Assembly (NCBI GenBank): GCA_030770535.1
Contig: JASVEC010000027.1
Location: 124,001-188,000 of the forward strand
DNA: 64,000 nt
Reading direction: 5' to 3'
Source of the DNA: Batkoa obscura
Taxonomy: Eukaryota
Below the pieces are notes generated by a model. It saw only the letters and a list, made by a program, of their open reading frames with translations. It ran no database searches and was not told the DNA's origin. Every line of letters begins with the position of its first letter. Within the stretch, counting starts at the first letter, position 1. This document shows positions 1 through 12,180 of the stretch, one piece after another. The translations under genes and the position numbers were made by a program.

Positions 1-805
1 AGCTGTTGATTGACCTTGATGACTAGTAATTGATATAAAAATGATAAATGATATGTATTAAATGTATTAAAAGTGACCCAAAAGGTAGTGATGAAGTAAG
101 TTTAGATTTGTGGGAAAGTAAAGGTATTCAAGGGTACAAATTGAATGAAAAAACAAACACTTGGTTTTCAACTTATTTAAATGAACCTGTTTCTTTAGTT
201 AGAAAAGGAAGTAAATCACGTCCAGTAATTGATTTTTATTTACAAAAATCAAACTTATCAGATGTAAATAGTGAGGTAAATTAGTAATAATAGTAGTACT
301 TAATATTAATGTTAATACTTTATTTTCCAAGACTTCCTTTGCAGATGGTTTTCCATTATTAATTATAAGTGAAGAATCAGTTTTTGAACTAAAAGATCAG
401 TTGCCTAAAGATAGCGGCATAAATGTAGATTATCGTAATTTCAGACCAAATATATTAATTAAAGGGGTAACTTCAGCAAATAAAGAAGATGAGTTCTCAT
501 TAATTAGTATTAATGATAATATCAAAATACATTGTGACATTCCATGCGCACGTTGTTCATTACCTAATGTCAATCCAGATACTGGCATTAAACATTCATT
601 AGAGCCTTCAAAGACATTATCAAAATATCGCAGAACTTTCAAAGATATTAATAAATATAAAAGCTTTTTTGGAATCAATGCTATTCCACTTTCTCATGGT
701 AAATAATAATAATATTTAATATTTAATATTTGATATTTAATACTTTACTTAGGTAATCTTAAAATTGGTCAAACAATCCATGTTGACTCATTATTAATCA
801 AATAA
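1..805 (+). CDS. MOSC-domain protein (mARC-like), 5' partial, spliced
   Basis: Exons ~74-275, 332-698, 753-805 joined by GT-AG introns give WFSTYLNEPVSLV, TSFADGFPLLIISEES, NFRPNILI, PCARCSLPNVNPDTG and FFGINAIP, which are MOSC motifs. Confidence 0.9.
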
Positions 806-823
806 ATATAATAAAAATAAAAT

Positions 824-2168
824 TTATTTTTGTATTAACAAATCTTTTGATTCAATTTGCTCTACAATTAAGGTATCTGGTGAACTAGCTTCCGAGTTAA
901 TATTTAAAGGTATATTACTATGAGCCATATGGTCATTAGTATTATGTTTGTTAGATAACTTAATATAACCAAAGAACAATAAACCAATCAAAGTGATTAC
1001 AGATAACCAAATGGGTACCCAATAAACATCTGGGAAGATCTTTAAACCAAAGATAAAATTGATCATTGCTAAAGTGTAAGTAAAACGACCTAAATACCAA
1101 TGTAATTTATCATACCAGGGTATTTCACTACGATTATTATCATATAATTTATCAATAACAAAACCTAAAGTTAATTGTATAAAGAACAATAATGTAACTA
1201 AATAACCTAAAAACTAAAAAAAATAGATGTTAGTTTTACTTTCTTATTATAATTAAATTAAATCAACTTACTGAATGTGGATCATTAATAACAAATCCAG
1301 TATGCATATTCATTAATACAATAGCTAAAATTGAAAACAATAAAGTAAATGAAAAGCACATTATATGACAACGGAACCACCACACACCCAATTGACTTTT
1401 ATAAAATTTAGCAATTGCTATAGCTATTGGTGGTAATACAATCCAGGCAATAAACATAAAGAAACCATGTAATAAAATTAAAGTTGGCATTGAGTTGTCT
1501 TCTTCTTCTTCTTCTTCTTCTGAAAGATGAGTATGATCTAATTCTTCCCCTTCTTTTTCCAATTCAGAAGATAAGATAAGATCAAACGTTCCCTTCTCTT
1601 GTTTTGAATTATTGTTATCTTTTAGATTATATTTATACTCTAAAGTTAAAGGAGCTGCTTCTCTTTCAACTTTTCCTTCTAAATCTTGGGTTTGATTTGA
1701 TTGTAAATCATTTAATAATAATTGGTAATAGTAAGTATGATTTTTAAATAGTTGGATAACATTATCTAATCTTAATTTTTGAGAAGTTGGATTAGATTGT
1801 AAATAAATGGTATGATTTGTAGAAGGAGAGAGCTTAGGTTCAATAAACTACAAAAAGAAGGTGAGGTTAATATTTGTTATTTAATATTTAAGACAAAATT
1901 TTACTATCTTTTGAGTTTCAAGCTGACATTCGAAGTAACTAAAAGAAGAAGCATTATTAACATATTGTTGTACTATATAAATATTGATATCAACTTACCT
2001 AATATTTTCACTAAGTTGAATATTTAGCTGAGAAGAAGTTAACAAATCTAAATTTATTAATTCAAAACAAAAATGTTGATTTAATGTACAGTTCTTTGTA
2101 TTCGGTAAAAAAGCTGTTAGTTGAGTTATATGAAATAATACAATAAAAAATCGTTTAAAAAGGTTCAT
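824..2168 (-). CDS. Cytochrome b561-domain membrane protein with signal peptide and an extracellular N-terminal region (FRRS1/CYBDOM-like architecture)
   Basis: Signal-like MNLFKRFFIVLFHITQLTAF; 4 exons splice in frame; b561 motifs LLHGFFMFIAW, WFRCH, PHS..G, LHWYLGR carry the four heme-ligand His. A DOMON fold is not recognisable by eye. Confidence 0.8.
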
Positions 2169-3022
2169 TTTTGTGATGAGTGTAATAAGAAATGAAGAAG
2201 ATATCAAATAATTGAAATATTGATTAAAAGCTTTTTAATGGATTTATTTTGGGTGAGTATTTATATTCCTCTACTTTCTAAATACTAACTTGTTTAATGA
2301 TACCTCATGTTCACTCTTTAACTTCATCATGAATTTATAATTTCAAGCTTGATTATTGTTAGCAAATATTTCAATCATTCTAACTTCCATAATTTTTGAA
2401 AATTTTCTTTATTGCGGATTACCGTTGGTCATTAAAAAGACATATTGTTTGTAATTCAAATTTGAAGTTGCTTTATTTTCACATGAGTAGAAAAAGTAAC
2501 GTATAAATAAATAACGATAAAAAAACATAACAGTTATTGATGGTGAACTGATATTTTAAAATGCTAGAAAATAAAATTGTTTTTATTTTCAGTAGCTAAC
2601 CAGTATTTTTTAGTAATTTCATGTTGCAAGGAAATGACCATAGTGAAATAAAGATCCATTTTTTCAATTACATCACACTTTCTTGAAAGGTAATAAGTTA
2701 TTTAAAAGGATATGTAGTTAGTTTTGTAACACTATCAATAGAGCTCAAAAGTTTATTAAAAATTCAGACTATTTACTGTTTTATTAATATTAGTAGATCA
2801 TTATAGGATATAACAAAACTTAACATATAATCCTCTATTTACTTTAACAAGAAAACAAAGTATGATATCGAAATAACACTAATGATATGATAACAGATGA
2901 TATAACACATTAGCATCCTTTAAACATCAAAATATAATTTATACTAAAAATAATTTATTACATGATTTATATCTTTTATACTTGATTAAAGGCAATTAGA
3001 AAACTTATTAACAACGCTAAAG

Positions 3023-3820
3023 TTAACAGCATTTAGATTTGGAACTGCAACAGGCTGAGGCAGTCTTATCAGTGGTACATTCACATACCTTTGAATCAGA
3101 TTTGCAGGTTTCGCAGTTACATCCTTCTTCACAGTTACATCCTTCTTTATCACAGGCACATTTAGATTTGGAGCTGCAACAGGCTGATTTAGTTTTATTA
3201 GTAGTACATTCACATACCTTTGAATCAGATTTGCAGATTTCACACTTACATCCTTCTTCACAGTTACATCCTTCTTTATCACAGGCACATTTAGATTTGG
3301 AGCTGCAACAGGCTGATTTAGTTTTATTAGTAGTACATTCACATACCTTTGAATCAGATTTGCAGGTTTCGCAGTTACATCCTTCTTCACAGTTACATCC
3401 TTCTTTATCACAGGCACATTTAGATTTGGAGCTGCAACAGGCTGATTTAGTTTTATTAGTAGTACATTCACATACCTTTGAATCAGATTTGCAGATTTCA
3501 CACTTACAACCTTCTTCACAGTTACATCCTTCTTTGGCACAAGCACAACTAGTTCCTTTGTTTTCTACTTTGCGAGTTTCACAGTTACAAGAAGCATCAC
3601 ATTTGCAACCATCTTTGCTTCCAGTGCAGGCACAGATTTTGGCTAAAGCTTGAGCCTTTCTGGTTTCACAACTGCATGAGCTGTCACAGTTACAGCCACC
3701 TTGGCTACCAGTACAGGCACAGATCAATTCAGCTACTTGGGCTTGGCGAGTGGAGCAGTTGCATGCGGATTGGCAATCACAGCCATTGGTGTTTCCAGTA
3801 CATTTACAAGTTTGAGGCAT
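3023..3820 (-). CDS. Very long modular metallothionein (265 aa, 64 Cys)
   Basis: Intronless ORF, ~24% Cys in CxC/CC motifs, no aromatic residues or His; 3 x 29-aa 6-Cys modules, 4 x 43-aa 11-Cys modules and a terminal CC. Confidence 0.88.
   Translation of the reverse strand: MPQTCKCTGNTNGCDCQSACNCSTRQAQVAELICACTGSQGGCNCDSSCSCETRKAQALAKICACTGSKDGCKCDASCNCETRKVENKGTSCACAKEGCNCEEGCKCEICKSDSKVCECTTNKTKSACCSSKSKCACDKEGCNCEEGCNCETCKSDSKVCECTTNKTKSACCSSKSKCACDKEGCNCEEGCKCEICKSDSKVCECTTNKTKSACCSSKSKCACDKEGCNCEEGCNCETCKSDSKVCECTTDKTASACCSSKSKCC
3032..3547. repeat. Coding tandem repeat, 4 x 129 bp (higher-order 2 x 258 bp)
   Basis: Near-identical 129-bp units alternating CKCEIC / CNCETC variants. Confidence 0.93.
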
Positions 3821-4830
3821 CTTGAGTTATTAATCGTTGGATTGATTTAAATTGAGATTTTTTTAGTTAGTGACCATCCATTTGTTTGCTTTATATACCT
3901 TACGTTGCCTTGGGGAACTTTAATTTACCCAATCATTGGTGACGATAAAAGATGGGAATGGTGTTGTAAAGCACAAATAATGATTGGCTTAATCCAGGTT
4001 CTAGTTGCTTCAAATAAGTCGAGAGGTTAATGCTATTGGTTGAAATAAGAATTGAGTTTGTAAAAAAATGAGTGACAAATTATCTAAATGTGAGTTAATG
4101 CGGAATCCAGCCAATAGCATAAAATTCTCGGTCACTTTTTTCCCCAGTTCAAATGTAAAGATGAAATTGATAACTTATTCTTTGCAACAGGGAAAAACAG
4201 CTAGATTGATTATTTACGGTTAAAATGCCTTTAGCAATATGGTTTGGGTTTACTTTATAGAAGCTCAAACGTCTTGGTTTCGTTTTGATTTAATACAGAT
4301 TGTTTGATTTTTTTCTAAAATTGTATTGAATAGCTCACTATTACCTATGATATTCGTCTTAGCTTATTGAAACTTCTAGTATTTTCGATTTAATAGGCAT
4401 TATTGACCAAGTTTTAATAAATCATGAGCATCATATTTATCATTTAACAAAAACAACTTATACATTTTTCCGCTTAGTACTTCATTAGTTCCATACTAAT
4501 TACTATCACAGTATTTCCAATCTCATACTATCTGGCAAAAATAGCTCATTTTTCACAACCAAACCGAATATAACTTGTTTGTACTATGGTCTTAAAACTA
4601 AGATTGAATAAGCAAGTCAGGTTAAATAATGCAATAATAAGTATTATTTTTGCTAAATGCAGGGATATTAACTCCAATTAACTAGCAATTTGGGCAAAAT
4701 ACGTGTATTTGATTTTTTACTCAATGATAGTAACTTTCTTAATAAATTTCAAGTCATCATAGGTTAGAAAACTTTTAAAAGGGGATGGATTAAATAGTAA
4801 TAATAATAAATACTTTGACTTTTTTTATTT
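3821..4830. repeat. Diverged duplicated upstream region of metallothionein copy 1, homologous to ~6244-7250
   Basis: Collinear matching blocks, e.g. GAGGTTAATGCTATTGGTTGAAAT at 4023 and 6438, ctagatt.att..tttac/ta.gttaaaat, caaaaata.ctcattttt, aaat.caggga, tcaatgatag.aacttt. Confidence 0.85.
4023..4046 (-). promoter_or_regulatory. Conserved 24-bp CCAAT-containing block ~200 bp upstream of metallothionein copy 1
   Basis: Identical to 6438-6461 although the surrounding sequence is diverged; TATA-like TATATAA on the minus strand near 3891-3897. Confidence 0.4.
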
Positions 4831-5548
4831 AAACAAGTACTTTTACTCTTCTCTTTTCAAAAGTAGTAAAGTTACTAACAGTGAGCTTATCATAAAGCTT
4901 TATTTACACCTTCTCTAATGTGTTTTAAAATACACAAATTGTCTTTGAACAATAAAATAAAATAAACTGATAGAAATTATAAAAAATATGAAAATTCATT
5001 ACTTGAAATACTAACCTTTCCTACCTTTCCTGCTTTTACTACTTGAGAGTTTTTATTGTTTTGTTTGAAAATTCCAGAAAAGAGATATACTATAGATTTA
5101 AAGCCACAATCTCTTTCTTGCTAACAAATAATTGATTTGCTTAACTTATAGCACATTGTCATATTGTTATTATTGATTTTATTATCGCTAGTTAATAAAG
5201 ATCTTTTTAGAAATATTAAATTTCTTTTCTTTTACATCAGCTAAGAGTGACATAAAATAGAACTACAATAGTTTGAATACTAAAGATAATAACTGCTTTT
5301 ACAAAACATATACTAAATAGTAAATAGGATAATATACTTAGAATGTTAAGTGATAAAACAGGGTTTTTGATAATGTAATAAAGCTCACTAAATTTTTTAA
5401 TTATTAATTCATTTTAGTTCACTACTATAGTAAATAATTTATAAACGTAGTAAAACTTAATCTTTCTTACTTGTTTTTCTAATTTAATATAATAATAAAT
5501 TAGATACAATAATAAAAAACTGTTATTAATGAATTAATAAAACAATAT

Positions 5549-5648
5549 TAAGGAATGTATTTTTTGTTTAATTTTACTAACAATCTTTCCACTCAAATAG
5601 CGCTTAAAAAATGGAAAAAATGATGAAGCCAAAAAAAACATCACCATA
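5549..5648. mobile_element. MITE family 1 (~105 bp) copy
   Basis: Shared core ...ctaacaatctttccactcaaatagcgcttaaaaaatggaaaaa... with imperfect TIRs. Confidence 0.85.
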
Positions 5649-5703
5649 TAATTCAAATTTTTATGTTATAAAGCACTTATAAATTTATTATTAATACTTG
5701 AAT

Positions 5704-6243
5704 TTAACAGTATTTGAATCTAGAGCTGCTGCAATCTGAAGTGGTCTTACAAGCGATGCACTCACATACCTTTGAATCAGATTTGCAGATTTCACACTTA
5801 CATCCTTCTTCACAGTTACATCCTTCTTTATCACAGGCACATTTAGATTTGGAGCTGCAACAGGCTGATTTAGTTTTATTAGTAGTACATTCACATACCT
5901 TTGAATCAGATTTGCAGATTTCACACTTACAACCTTCTTCACAGTTACATCCTTCTTTGGCACAAGCACAACTAGTTCCTTTGTTTTCTACTTTGCGAGT
6001 TTCACAGTTACAAGAAGCATCACATTTGCAACCATCTTTGCTTCCAGTGCAGGCACAGATTTTGGCTAAAGCTTGAGCCTTTCTGGTTTCACAACTGCAT
6101 GAGCTGTCACAGTTACAGCCACCTTGGCTACCAGTACAGGCACAGATCAATTCAGCTACTTGGGCTTGGCAAGTGGAGCAGTTGCATGCGGATTGGCAAT
6201 CACAGCCATTGGTGTTTCCAGTACATTTACAAGTTTGAGGCAT
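5704..6243 (-). CDS. Long modular metallothionein paralogue (179 aa, 42 Cys)
   Basis: Nearly identical to 3023-3820 over the first ~160 codons (one R>C change seen), only two 43-aa modules, divergent C-terminus IACKTTSDCSSSRFKYC. Confidence 0.88.
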   Translation of the reverse strand: MPQTCKCTGNTNGCDCQSACNCSTCQAQVAELICACTGSQGGCNCDSSCSCETRKAQALAKICACTGSKDGCKCDASCNCETRKVENKGTSCACAKEGCNCEEGCKCEICKSDSKVCECTTNKTKSACCSSKSKCACDKEGCNCEEGCKCEICKSDSKVCECIACKTTSDCSSSRFKYC

Positions 6244-7254
6244 CTTGATATATTGATGGATTATTTAATTGATTGATTTTAATAAACTTTATAGCCTTCA
6301 TCTCGATTGTTTTTATACTCTGTGTTGGCTTTCAACGATTTATGTTTAAGTCAATCAATCATGGCAATAAAGGCACGAATGGTATCGAAAGGTATAGATA
6401 GTGATTGCCGTAACACAACCATTGATAAAATAACTGCGAGGTTAATGCTATTGGTTGAAATGAGAATAAATTTTAAAATAAAGTGAATGATAAAATATCT
6501 AAAAATGGGTTGATACAGAATACAGTTAATGATAATAGTTTCCAGTCACTTTATTTTCCAAGCTCGGATGTAAAAATGAGTTTGATGACATTTATTATTT
6601 TCAATATATGAGTAGCGGCTAGATTATTCATTTATAGTTAAAATACATTACAAAAACATTGCTTAGCTCTTTGTTAATATATCAAGCACAATGGTTCGGT
6701 GTGGATTGGTTTAATAGTGAGTAAAGTTACATTAATAGCTTGTAACTATTTATAACTTTAATTACAAATTACCGAACCTTATTGTATTTTAATTTCGATA
6801 TAGCCGTATTAACTAACCTTTAATAAACTTTAGATACTATTTGTCATTTAGCGAAAACAACTCACCTTATTTATCTTCCACTCAATTACTCATACATTCT
6901 ATATTAATCATCATTCACTACTTCCAATTTTATATTATTTAGCAAAAATAACTCATTTTTTAAAAATTGTATTTTTATCAGTTTGCTACTCTCTATTGTT
7001 GCAAAGTAAAGCAAAATAGCCAAGCTACCTTAAACACCAAAATAGTATGTATTAATTTTCCAAATACAGGGATAACCTAGCTTCAATTGAACTTTAAAAA
7101 TTTTGAGCGAAATTAATGACCCTGGTTTTTCATTCAATGATAGCAACTTTTTTTAAAGCTTCAAGTTGTCATAAACTGGAGAAATTTAAGAAAGGATGAG
7201 TTGAACAATAAAATAACAAATTAAACTTATTACTTTTCATTATAGTCAATACAA

Positions 7255-8475
7255 ATGAGAATAAATAAATCTACAATAGCATTAATCGCCTCAATAATCC
7301 TATTAACGATCGTTTATTTTCACTTAAAGTCAATCTTAGCTGGCAAAGAACAAACTTTAAACAGCCTAAGATCCGGTTCAAATGGAGTTCGTGGCATAAT
7401 TGTCATAATGTGTCGCAACAGCGATCTTTTAGGCATGGTATCAACATTAAGGGAATTTGAACTTAACTTCAATGGCCAATTCAACTATCCTTATTTGTTT
7501 TTAAATGAAATCGAGTTTACTACGGAGTTTAAAACTGCTATTTTAAAACATACTGAAAGCAAAGTAACATTTTCAAAGATTGAGGAAGAGTTATGGGAAA
7601 TACCTAAATCAGTGAATCAAACCTTAATGGCTATAAAGATGCAAGAACTGAAACATCAAAACATTAGTTATGCAGATTCAGTGAGTTATAGGTTAATGTG
7701 TCGATACCAATCGTATTATTTATTCCAACATAAAGAAGTAGTAAATTATGACTATGTTATGCGGATTGAACCAGACACCCGTTTTTTTTTGTAAGACTAA
7801 GTACGACTTGTTTGATTATATGAAGAGAAATCAATTGAGCTATGGATTTTCTATCACTTTAAAAGAGATTCCAGAAACCATTCCAACTCTTTTTGATACA
7901 ATTACAAGGTATATTAAACAAACAAAGTTAACAGTCAATAGCGATCTGTTTCCTTTCTTTTTAAAACAAGCTGATAAAAAAGACTTGGATCATATCGAAT
8001 TTCAACAAAGAATAGGTAGTATTCTATTTGTTTATTTATTTCTTACTAACTTGTATCTTTAGGCAAAACAAACCTCCGTCAACCTCTCACATATAATTTA
8101 TGCCATTTTTGGACCAACTTTCATATCATAGATCTTAACTTTATTAAAAGCGATATATACAAAAAATATTTCAAGTACTTGGAAGATAACAACAATTATT
8201 TCTATGAGCGATGGGGGGATGCGCCAGTCATCTCTTTAGGCCTTGGTTTGTTTAGAAATGCTTCTCAAATCCATCATTTTTCTGACTTGGGCTATCAACA
8301 TGATAAATTTGCCACTTGCCCTAATAACCCATTAATTGAAGCAGGCGTGGAATTACGTTGTAAATGTCCAACCAATTTCAAAGAGTTTTTTTATGATCCT
8401 GGCTCCTGTTTACCACGATTTAAAAATTATGAAAAAATTGAGTTTAAAAAGGAACATGTTGATTTATTAGTTTAA
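7255..8475 (+). CDS. Kre2/Mnt1-family (GT15) alpha-1,2-mannosyltransferase with an apparent +1 frameshift in a T9 run
   Basis: N-terminal TM, FNYPYLFLNE, SYRLMCRY, RIEPD, YGF..TL.E..ETIPTL, YNLCHFWTNF, YERWGDAP; intron 8016-8062; frame change at 7782-7790. Confidence 0.88.
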
Positions 8476-8512
8476 ATTTAATCTATTATATATTCTATTT
8501 ATTATCTACACG

Positions 8513-9604
8513 TCAATAGATATAAACTACTCTATATTTATCACTCATATCCTTTTTCAAAACCGAATGAAACCCATAATGATCAAAGTACTGTTTTAGC
8601 TTCAAGCCCTGCTCTTTAGTCCCATATTCAAAAACAAACTTTGGTAGGCCACTCTTAATTTTACTCTCCTTTTCACTATTCTTTATGTATTTTTCATAAA
8701 CCTCATATATACGATGATAATACTCTAATCCATAGCTGTCCTTCGTTTTCAATGCGCCACTATCCTCCCATTGCTTCACTGATAAATCCAATAGCTCATA
8801 TTCGTCTGGAGGTATGTAAGGTGGGTTTGAAACGATCATACTGATGGGTGGGATTGATGATAGCAACTTTCTGATTTGGTAGTCATTGAATAAGTCCACC
8901 AATTTAAAATGAACTTTATGATTTAACCGTTTTTCATTATAAGTTTGGTTTTGTTGGCTCAGTAATGTGGCTTGTTCATTTTTATCTATGGAATAAATAT
9001 ATATCTTGGTTTTTATTTTGCTGCTTAACATCAACGGTATACAGCCGCTTCCACTTCCTATTTCAAGTATTGTAAAACTATCGTTTTTCCTTTTGTTTAG
9101 CTGTTCGTCTATTAGCTTAGCTAACTCAATACTCCATTCCTCTGTTTCCCATCTGTTATAATAAAAAGAACATAAAAAATAAAATAAAGCGATATAAATA
9201 ATTTACCTTGGTATTAATATTGGTTGTTTAACTTTAATTAATAAATCTCCAAATGGTTGATCTCCTATTTTAATATTATAATTCAATTACTTGGTTATTT
9301 TCTATGAGTTACCTATTATGTATTGTAATGGTTTGTTTTTAAATATCCTTTCTTCCAATAAGTCACTTAATAGGCCGTCGTTGTCTATACTATCATTATT
9401 TAATGTTGCCATAGTACCATCTGCTTCATTGTTGTCTACTATAATTTTATTTGTATCATTTATATATTCTTTCAACCACTTAATTTCTTGTTTAGCATGT
9501 TCTACATTCCCAGAATATACCTTATTTGCTAATGATTTGACAAGGCTGTTTAAACTAGAATTGGGGTGAATGGATGAGTGAATCGTACGTCGAAGGAATG
9601 ACAT
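8513..9604 (-). CDS. HemK/PrmC-family release factor glutamine methyltransferase (MTQ1-like, probably mitochondrial)
   Basis: KPLQYIIG, ILIPRWETEEW, LEIGSGSGCI, IVSNPPYI; 3 exons; Arg/Ser-rich N-terminus. Confidence 0.9.
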
Positions 9605-9749
9605 AATTGATAAACAAGTAATATCAAATAAATGCAAAATTTATTAAAACACGACTTTTTAGTAAAAAATCGTTATTTTTTGATTGGTTAATTTGAATCC
9701 TTGTTATAAATAGTAAATCATAAAATATTGCTTTTGATTTTTTTAAAAA

Positions 9750-11011
9750 ATGAAAAATTCCAACAATAAAAAGGAGGATACCTTGCCGAATTTATGTAGA
9801 TCCGCGGATTCAAATGGGTATAGCGTCAATGCCATAACTTTATCGAGTTCAATTGAACCAATCACTCCTCAAGATGCTGATATTAAAAGAAATTTATTTC
9901 ATTCCAACTCACTACCAAATATCAATATCAACTCTAACCAAGAAGATAGTAACATTTCTATTGAGACTGAATTTTCATTTCGAAATAACAACAACAATAA
10001 CAATCTTAATGTTACTTTCTTGAATGACAATACTTTGAACTTTGATTTTTCACTTAATGAAACTTTAATAAGAAATAGAAACTCAATGAATAATCATATG
10101 AATAGTGAAACTATTGGGCCTATTTTAGATGGTAATTCAAGTTATAATATGAAAGATAAATCGATATCAGATAATATTAATTATAATATATTAACAAAAG
10201 ATGACATGTTAATTAATGATAGTATATTAAATAATAATGATGACAAAAGATGTAGAATATGTTTTGATTCAGAAGAAAATCAAGAGTTAGGTAGACTCAT
10301 TTCACCCTGTCATTGTAAAGGAAGTATGAAATACGTTCATCTTAATTGTTTAAATTTATGGCGATTAACTTCCAGCAATAACAACAACAATCAATTTAAA
10401 AAAGACTCTTCTTTCCTTCGGTGTGACAATTGCCTTTATCAATATTCGTTTTTGCACTCTAATTTAGCCAAACTTGTTACATATCCAAGTAATTATTTTA
10501 TATTCTATTTATTTACATGTTTATATTTATATATTTATTAGTTATTCGTTTTCTGTTATCAAGTTTCGTTTTTATTCTAATCATTATCTTCGCTGGGTTT
10601 ATATCTAAATATTTACTTTTATTTATAAATAATGAGGATATTGAAGAGTTATTAAATGAGTTAAATTTGGACTCAACCACTAATGATTTGTTTTATTTTA
10701 ATATTGATAAAATCCATTTATTTTTAGGCGTTTTATTAGTTGGTACTATTGGGTTTTTAACTTTATTGATCCGACTTATATTTATGGGAACATTACCCAT
10801 CTTAGGATTAAGATATACATTTACCTCTATGAATCAAAACAATGGAAGGAACCCCAACAATGCTTCTTCGTTTCCTTTAATTTTGTTTTCTATTTTACTT
10901 TTGGGTTCTCTCCATTCCTTTTATTCTCTGTTCAAGTTTATTAACCACTATATCAAATGCTGGCAACAAGCCATTGGTTTGAAACTTTTAGATGTTTCAA
11001 CTACTTCATAA
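9750..11011 (+). CDS. RING-CH (RINGv) membrane E3 ubiquitin ligase, MARCH-like
   Basis: CRICF...PCHCKGSMKYVHLNCLNLW...CDNC (C4HC3); intron ~10489-10540; several C-terminal TM helices. Confidence 0.9.
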
Positions 11012-11301
11012 TTTCTAATAAAAAGTTTACCATTATTTTTATAATTCTACATTTATTTTCCACATTACATATATATTATTCCAAAAATCAAGCTTTATAT
11101 ATAGTATTTTATTGTTTAGTAAACACACACAAGTATGATGTTTTTATAGTTCATTTTACACAAGAATAACTATGATTCATTTTAAAAGCGCGTTTTCATC
11201 CAATAAGATTACGAACACAATAATATAGTAATAATAATACAATAATTTATAACAATAATGAATATAAAATTATCTCATAAATAAACTTCAAATCTAATTA
11301 T

Positions 11302-12041
11302 TTATTTGGCAGCATAAAACTCCTTCACCATTTTTACAAAATATTGATGCCATCTATAATCTTTAGTCAACTCAGGATGGAACGAAGTTCCCAATATATG
11401 TTTTTGTTGTACTGCTACAATAAACTCTTTAATTCCGAGTGCTTTTCCTTCCTCTGTATACTGATTATGATAATCAATAGTACTTAAAACCTCAACACCT
11501 TCCTTTTTATTTACTTCCAAGATCACAGGGGCTCTAATAAACATGCAACGATATGGTAAATTACCTCCTTTAACCTTTGATACTTGAGCAAGGCACGGGA
11601 CCTCCAAATCAGCTTCAAATGACTGAACTTGAGAACCAAACTGGTTTCTGTTAACTGTAATGTGTAAACCTCCAATAAGTTCTTGTCCTCCTTTCTTAAC
11701 TTGGTTGGCTTCATCTGCTAATAAAATTAATCCAGCGCATGTTCCCTAAAGAACAGTTAGCCTCTTATCAATTTTTAATTAAATAAATCTTATTGACTTA
11801 CCCAAACTGGTTTGGTTTTAACGAATTGACGTAAAGGTTCGAATAGTTGATTTCTTTCTGCAATTAAGGCCATTGCTGTAGATTCTCCCCCAGGTAAAAT
11901 TAGGGCGTCAACATTCTCAAGTTGAGCTTCTGTACGAACTGCAACTGCTTTTATATCGCCTAGTTGATTGATTATATCAATGTGCTCTTCAAAGGCACCT
12001 TGTAAAGCTAATACTCCGATAGTGTGTTGAAAGTTAACCAT
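11302..12041 (-). CDS. PDX2: Pyridoxal 5'-phosphate synthase glutaminase subunit
   Basis: [27 protein letters not shown] across intron 11746-11801, RNQFGSQ, FIRAP, SFHPELT. Confidence 0.95.
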
Positions 12042-12180
12042 AATATAATAAAGGTTGATTAATTTTGAGAAAATAATTCAGTTTTAAGCAAACTATTTTT
12101 GCTTTTACTTAGTAAATTGAAGTTCGGGAAGTAGCCAATTAAATCAAAGTTGTAATTTACCATTTTTTAAATAAACACGA

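Noticed and set aside
2986..3653. Alternative-frame and antisense ORFs over the metallothioneins (186 aa, 204 aa; also 5691-6076)
   Set aside because: By-products of an in-frame 129-bp repeat; the Cys-rich frame has the ATG context, TATA and a coherent protein.
7791..7800. GTAAG after the T9 run as an intron donor rescuing the GT15 frame
   Set aside because: The sequence immediately downstream encodes conserved GT15 residues (C....DLF.YM....YGF), so it is exonic.
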